Assembly (NCBI RefSeq): GCF_964355755.1
Contig: NC_092675.1
Location: forward strand, 6,009,812-6,073,811
Direction of reading: 5' to 3'
Length of the DNA: 64,000 nucleotides
Source of the DNA: Antedon mediterranea
Lineage: Eukaryota; Animalia; Echinodermata
The number at the start of each line of letters is the position of its first letter. The stretch's first letter is position 1. Below are positions 62,170 to 64,000 of this stretch, in pieces. Under the pieces are notes generated by a model. It was not told the DNA's origin, made no database searches, and worked only from the letters and a program-made list of their open reading frames with translations. A program made the translations under genes and the position numbers.

Positions 62170-63345
62170 TGTTTGGGTCGCAAAAAAAAATTGATGGGTC
62201 GCGAAATTGTTTCCGATACTGAAACTTTTTATAACTTATAATAATACACTGATCTATATGTGAAATGTTCTCAGTTTTGATTACATCTACAGTTTTCCCT
62301 ATGTTGACGTGCGGCGAGTCCACATTGGGAAGCGACGACGAGACAATGGACGCTTTAGACGCATAGTTCGTTGTTAAATGGGGAATCCCCTTTTAGGACG
62401 TGGATTTAATAACCTACCAACTGGTTCTACGACGCTATTTTTTGTAGTTTGCAAAGGAAGGTAATTTGTGCATTGTTGATGTATTGGCAACAGGCTGCGA
62501 GTGGCAAACTGCCTATATGGCCCACCAATTAATAGAGATTACTATAACGATAGTTATTATGTATTAATATGACGGTAGAAATCGCAAAGATAGCTTACCT
62601 ATTTCCTAAATTAACTTAACTGTCTCAATATCTTAAGTTTCAAAATAAAATTAAAACAATATTTATTTCATTTAAAGAGTATTCGAACAGAACATTACAC
62701 GTCACACAACAAAGTACATGACTGAGCCGCTGACAATAGTCTATTTATTTATTCATTTTATATATTTTATTCAATCGAAACCAACAGCGATAATTACCGC
62801 CACTGGTTTGATACAAACGTACAAAGACAGGACTGTTTAAAGCACCTTGATTGGTCCTAACTCCCATCCAAGCTCCAACCAGGCCCAACGTTGCTTAACT
62901 TCGGTGATCTGACAATAACCGGTGTTTCAACGTGGTAAAGCTGTATACGTACTTCATATTATTACGTAATTCATCGTTACGTCATAAATATATTCATGAC
63001 CGTCAAAGCTGGTAACCTGTTTATATCCAAGATGACCGGTTAGCTCAGGTGAGCAGCGTTGTGTTAACAACACGGATGATGGGTTCGATGGGTCATGGTG
63101 GAAAAGAGTTAAAGCTATATGCTACTGTGTTTGTGGTTCACAGAATAATACTTTCCCCTTTCCACCACACAAGCAAGTCAATGCATCTGGTGATGCCGTG
63201 GAAACGATACAATGTCTCTGCCACAGCATTGAGATCGTTTCCACTACATTACCAAATGTCGGGAGAGGACACTATGACAATAATACTGGGTCACTTACAT
63301 TTTTGTTCAGTCAGTGTTTTTTTTTCTGTAGATTCGATCCCTTGT
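62170..63345 (+). mobile_element. Second copy of the 50040-50950 repeat, interrupted by a SINE3 insertion
   Basis: Collinear with copy 1 apart from indels. tRNA-like head GACCGGTTAGCTCAGG...GTGTTAACAACAC...GGGTTCGAT at about 63034-63095. Confidence 0.85.
62747..62948 (-). mobile_element. 5S rRNA-derived SINE (SINE3)
   Basis: Minus strand: GTATACAGCTTTACCACGTTGAAACACCGGTTATTGTCAGATCACCGAAGTTAAGCAACGTTGGGCCTGGTTGGAGCTTGGATGGG, matching 5S nt ~1-87 with boxes A and C. It continues into a non-5S body, ...GGTTTCGATTGAATAAAA and a TAAA-type tail. Confidence 0.85.
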
Positions 63346-64000
63346 AAATGACTACAATAAATGCATCAAATTATCTTACAAATCTTTGAAAATTCAGTTC
63401 TTGTTACTGTTTCAGTTAATGACAAGGGGAGCATATTCGGATGATGAGGAGACCAACAACTTCTCAATTTAACGTGGCCTTATGTAAATAATAGCACTAA
63501 CTGCATAATAATATTAAGCCTGTATCCGGTACTTATAATTAATATTTAGCCCAATTGAGTATAGCATTATGTATAAAGGTTATAATAAAATCTGATAAAA
63601 TAATTCAAGATTTGCCGGGAAGAGCCTGGGTAGAAAAAAGTCTCCGCTATTAATTTTCAATTTCATGATGAGAACACAAACTGGTATAGCGCCATCTATC
63701 GAGCAGAACACATTCCAGTTAAATTTCAGCGCCTGTTTTTTGTCAACATTTTATTTTTAGAACGAACTTTGCAGACGTGTAGTATAGTAGGCCTCTAGCC
63801 TAGTCTAGCAGGTCTTACTTACTTTTTCAGTTGACAATTATGTGAGTTTATACGATTTAATTTCAGAAATGTAGTTGCCCTAATATTTTATGCCTAGGAA
63901 GGATGCATGCATATAGGCTAGCCTACTAGTAGGCCTAGGCCTAGCTAGTCTAGCCTAGGTAGGCCTAGGCTAGGCTAGGCCTAGCTAGGCCTAGGCCCTA

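Noticed and set aside
62862-62948. Functional 5S rRNA gene
   Set aside because: The last ~30 nt of 5S are replaced by unrelated sequence with an A-rich tail, and it is an insertion relative to the paralogous empty site.

Overview
AT-rich, intron-rich animal genomic DNA; the repeats and proteins suggest a marine invertebrate deuterostome, plausibly an echinoderm (inference). I reconstructed seven spliced protein-coding genes by hand with in-frame GT-AG junctions: OXCT1/SCOT (+), TTC4 (-), REX1BD (+), BTF3 (-), NASP (+), TOE1 (-) and a kinase-only PKDCC/VLK-like gene (-). TTC4/REX1BD and BTF3/NASP are head-to-head pairs. Main non-coding findings: (1) a U12-type intron in OXCT1; (2) a SNORD94-like C/D guide RNA in NASP intron 7 whose register points to U6 C63 rather than C62; (3) a 5S rRNA-derived SINE3 with both a filled and an empty site inside this window; (4) a Penelope-type minimal hammerhead ribozyme in a BTF3 intron; (5) Deu-domain tRNA SINEs; (6) a decayed Academ-like transposon next to a Helitron end, plus many MITE/foldback elements; (7) TAGGCCTA palindrome clusters that mark first introns and predict an eighth gene at the right edge. 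All homology calls come from recalled sequences, not from database searches.
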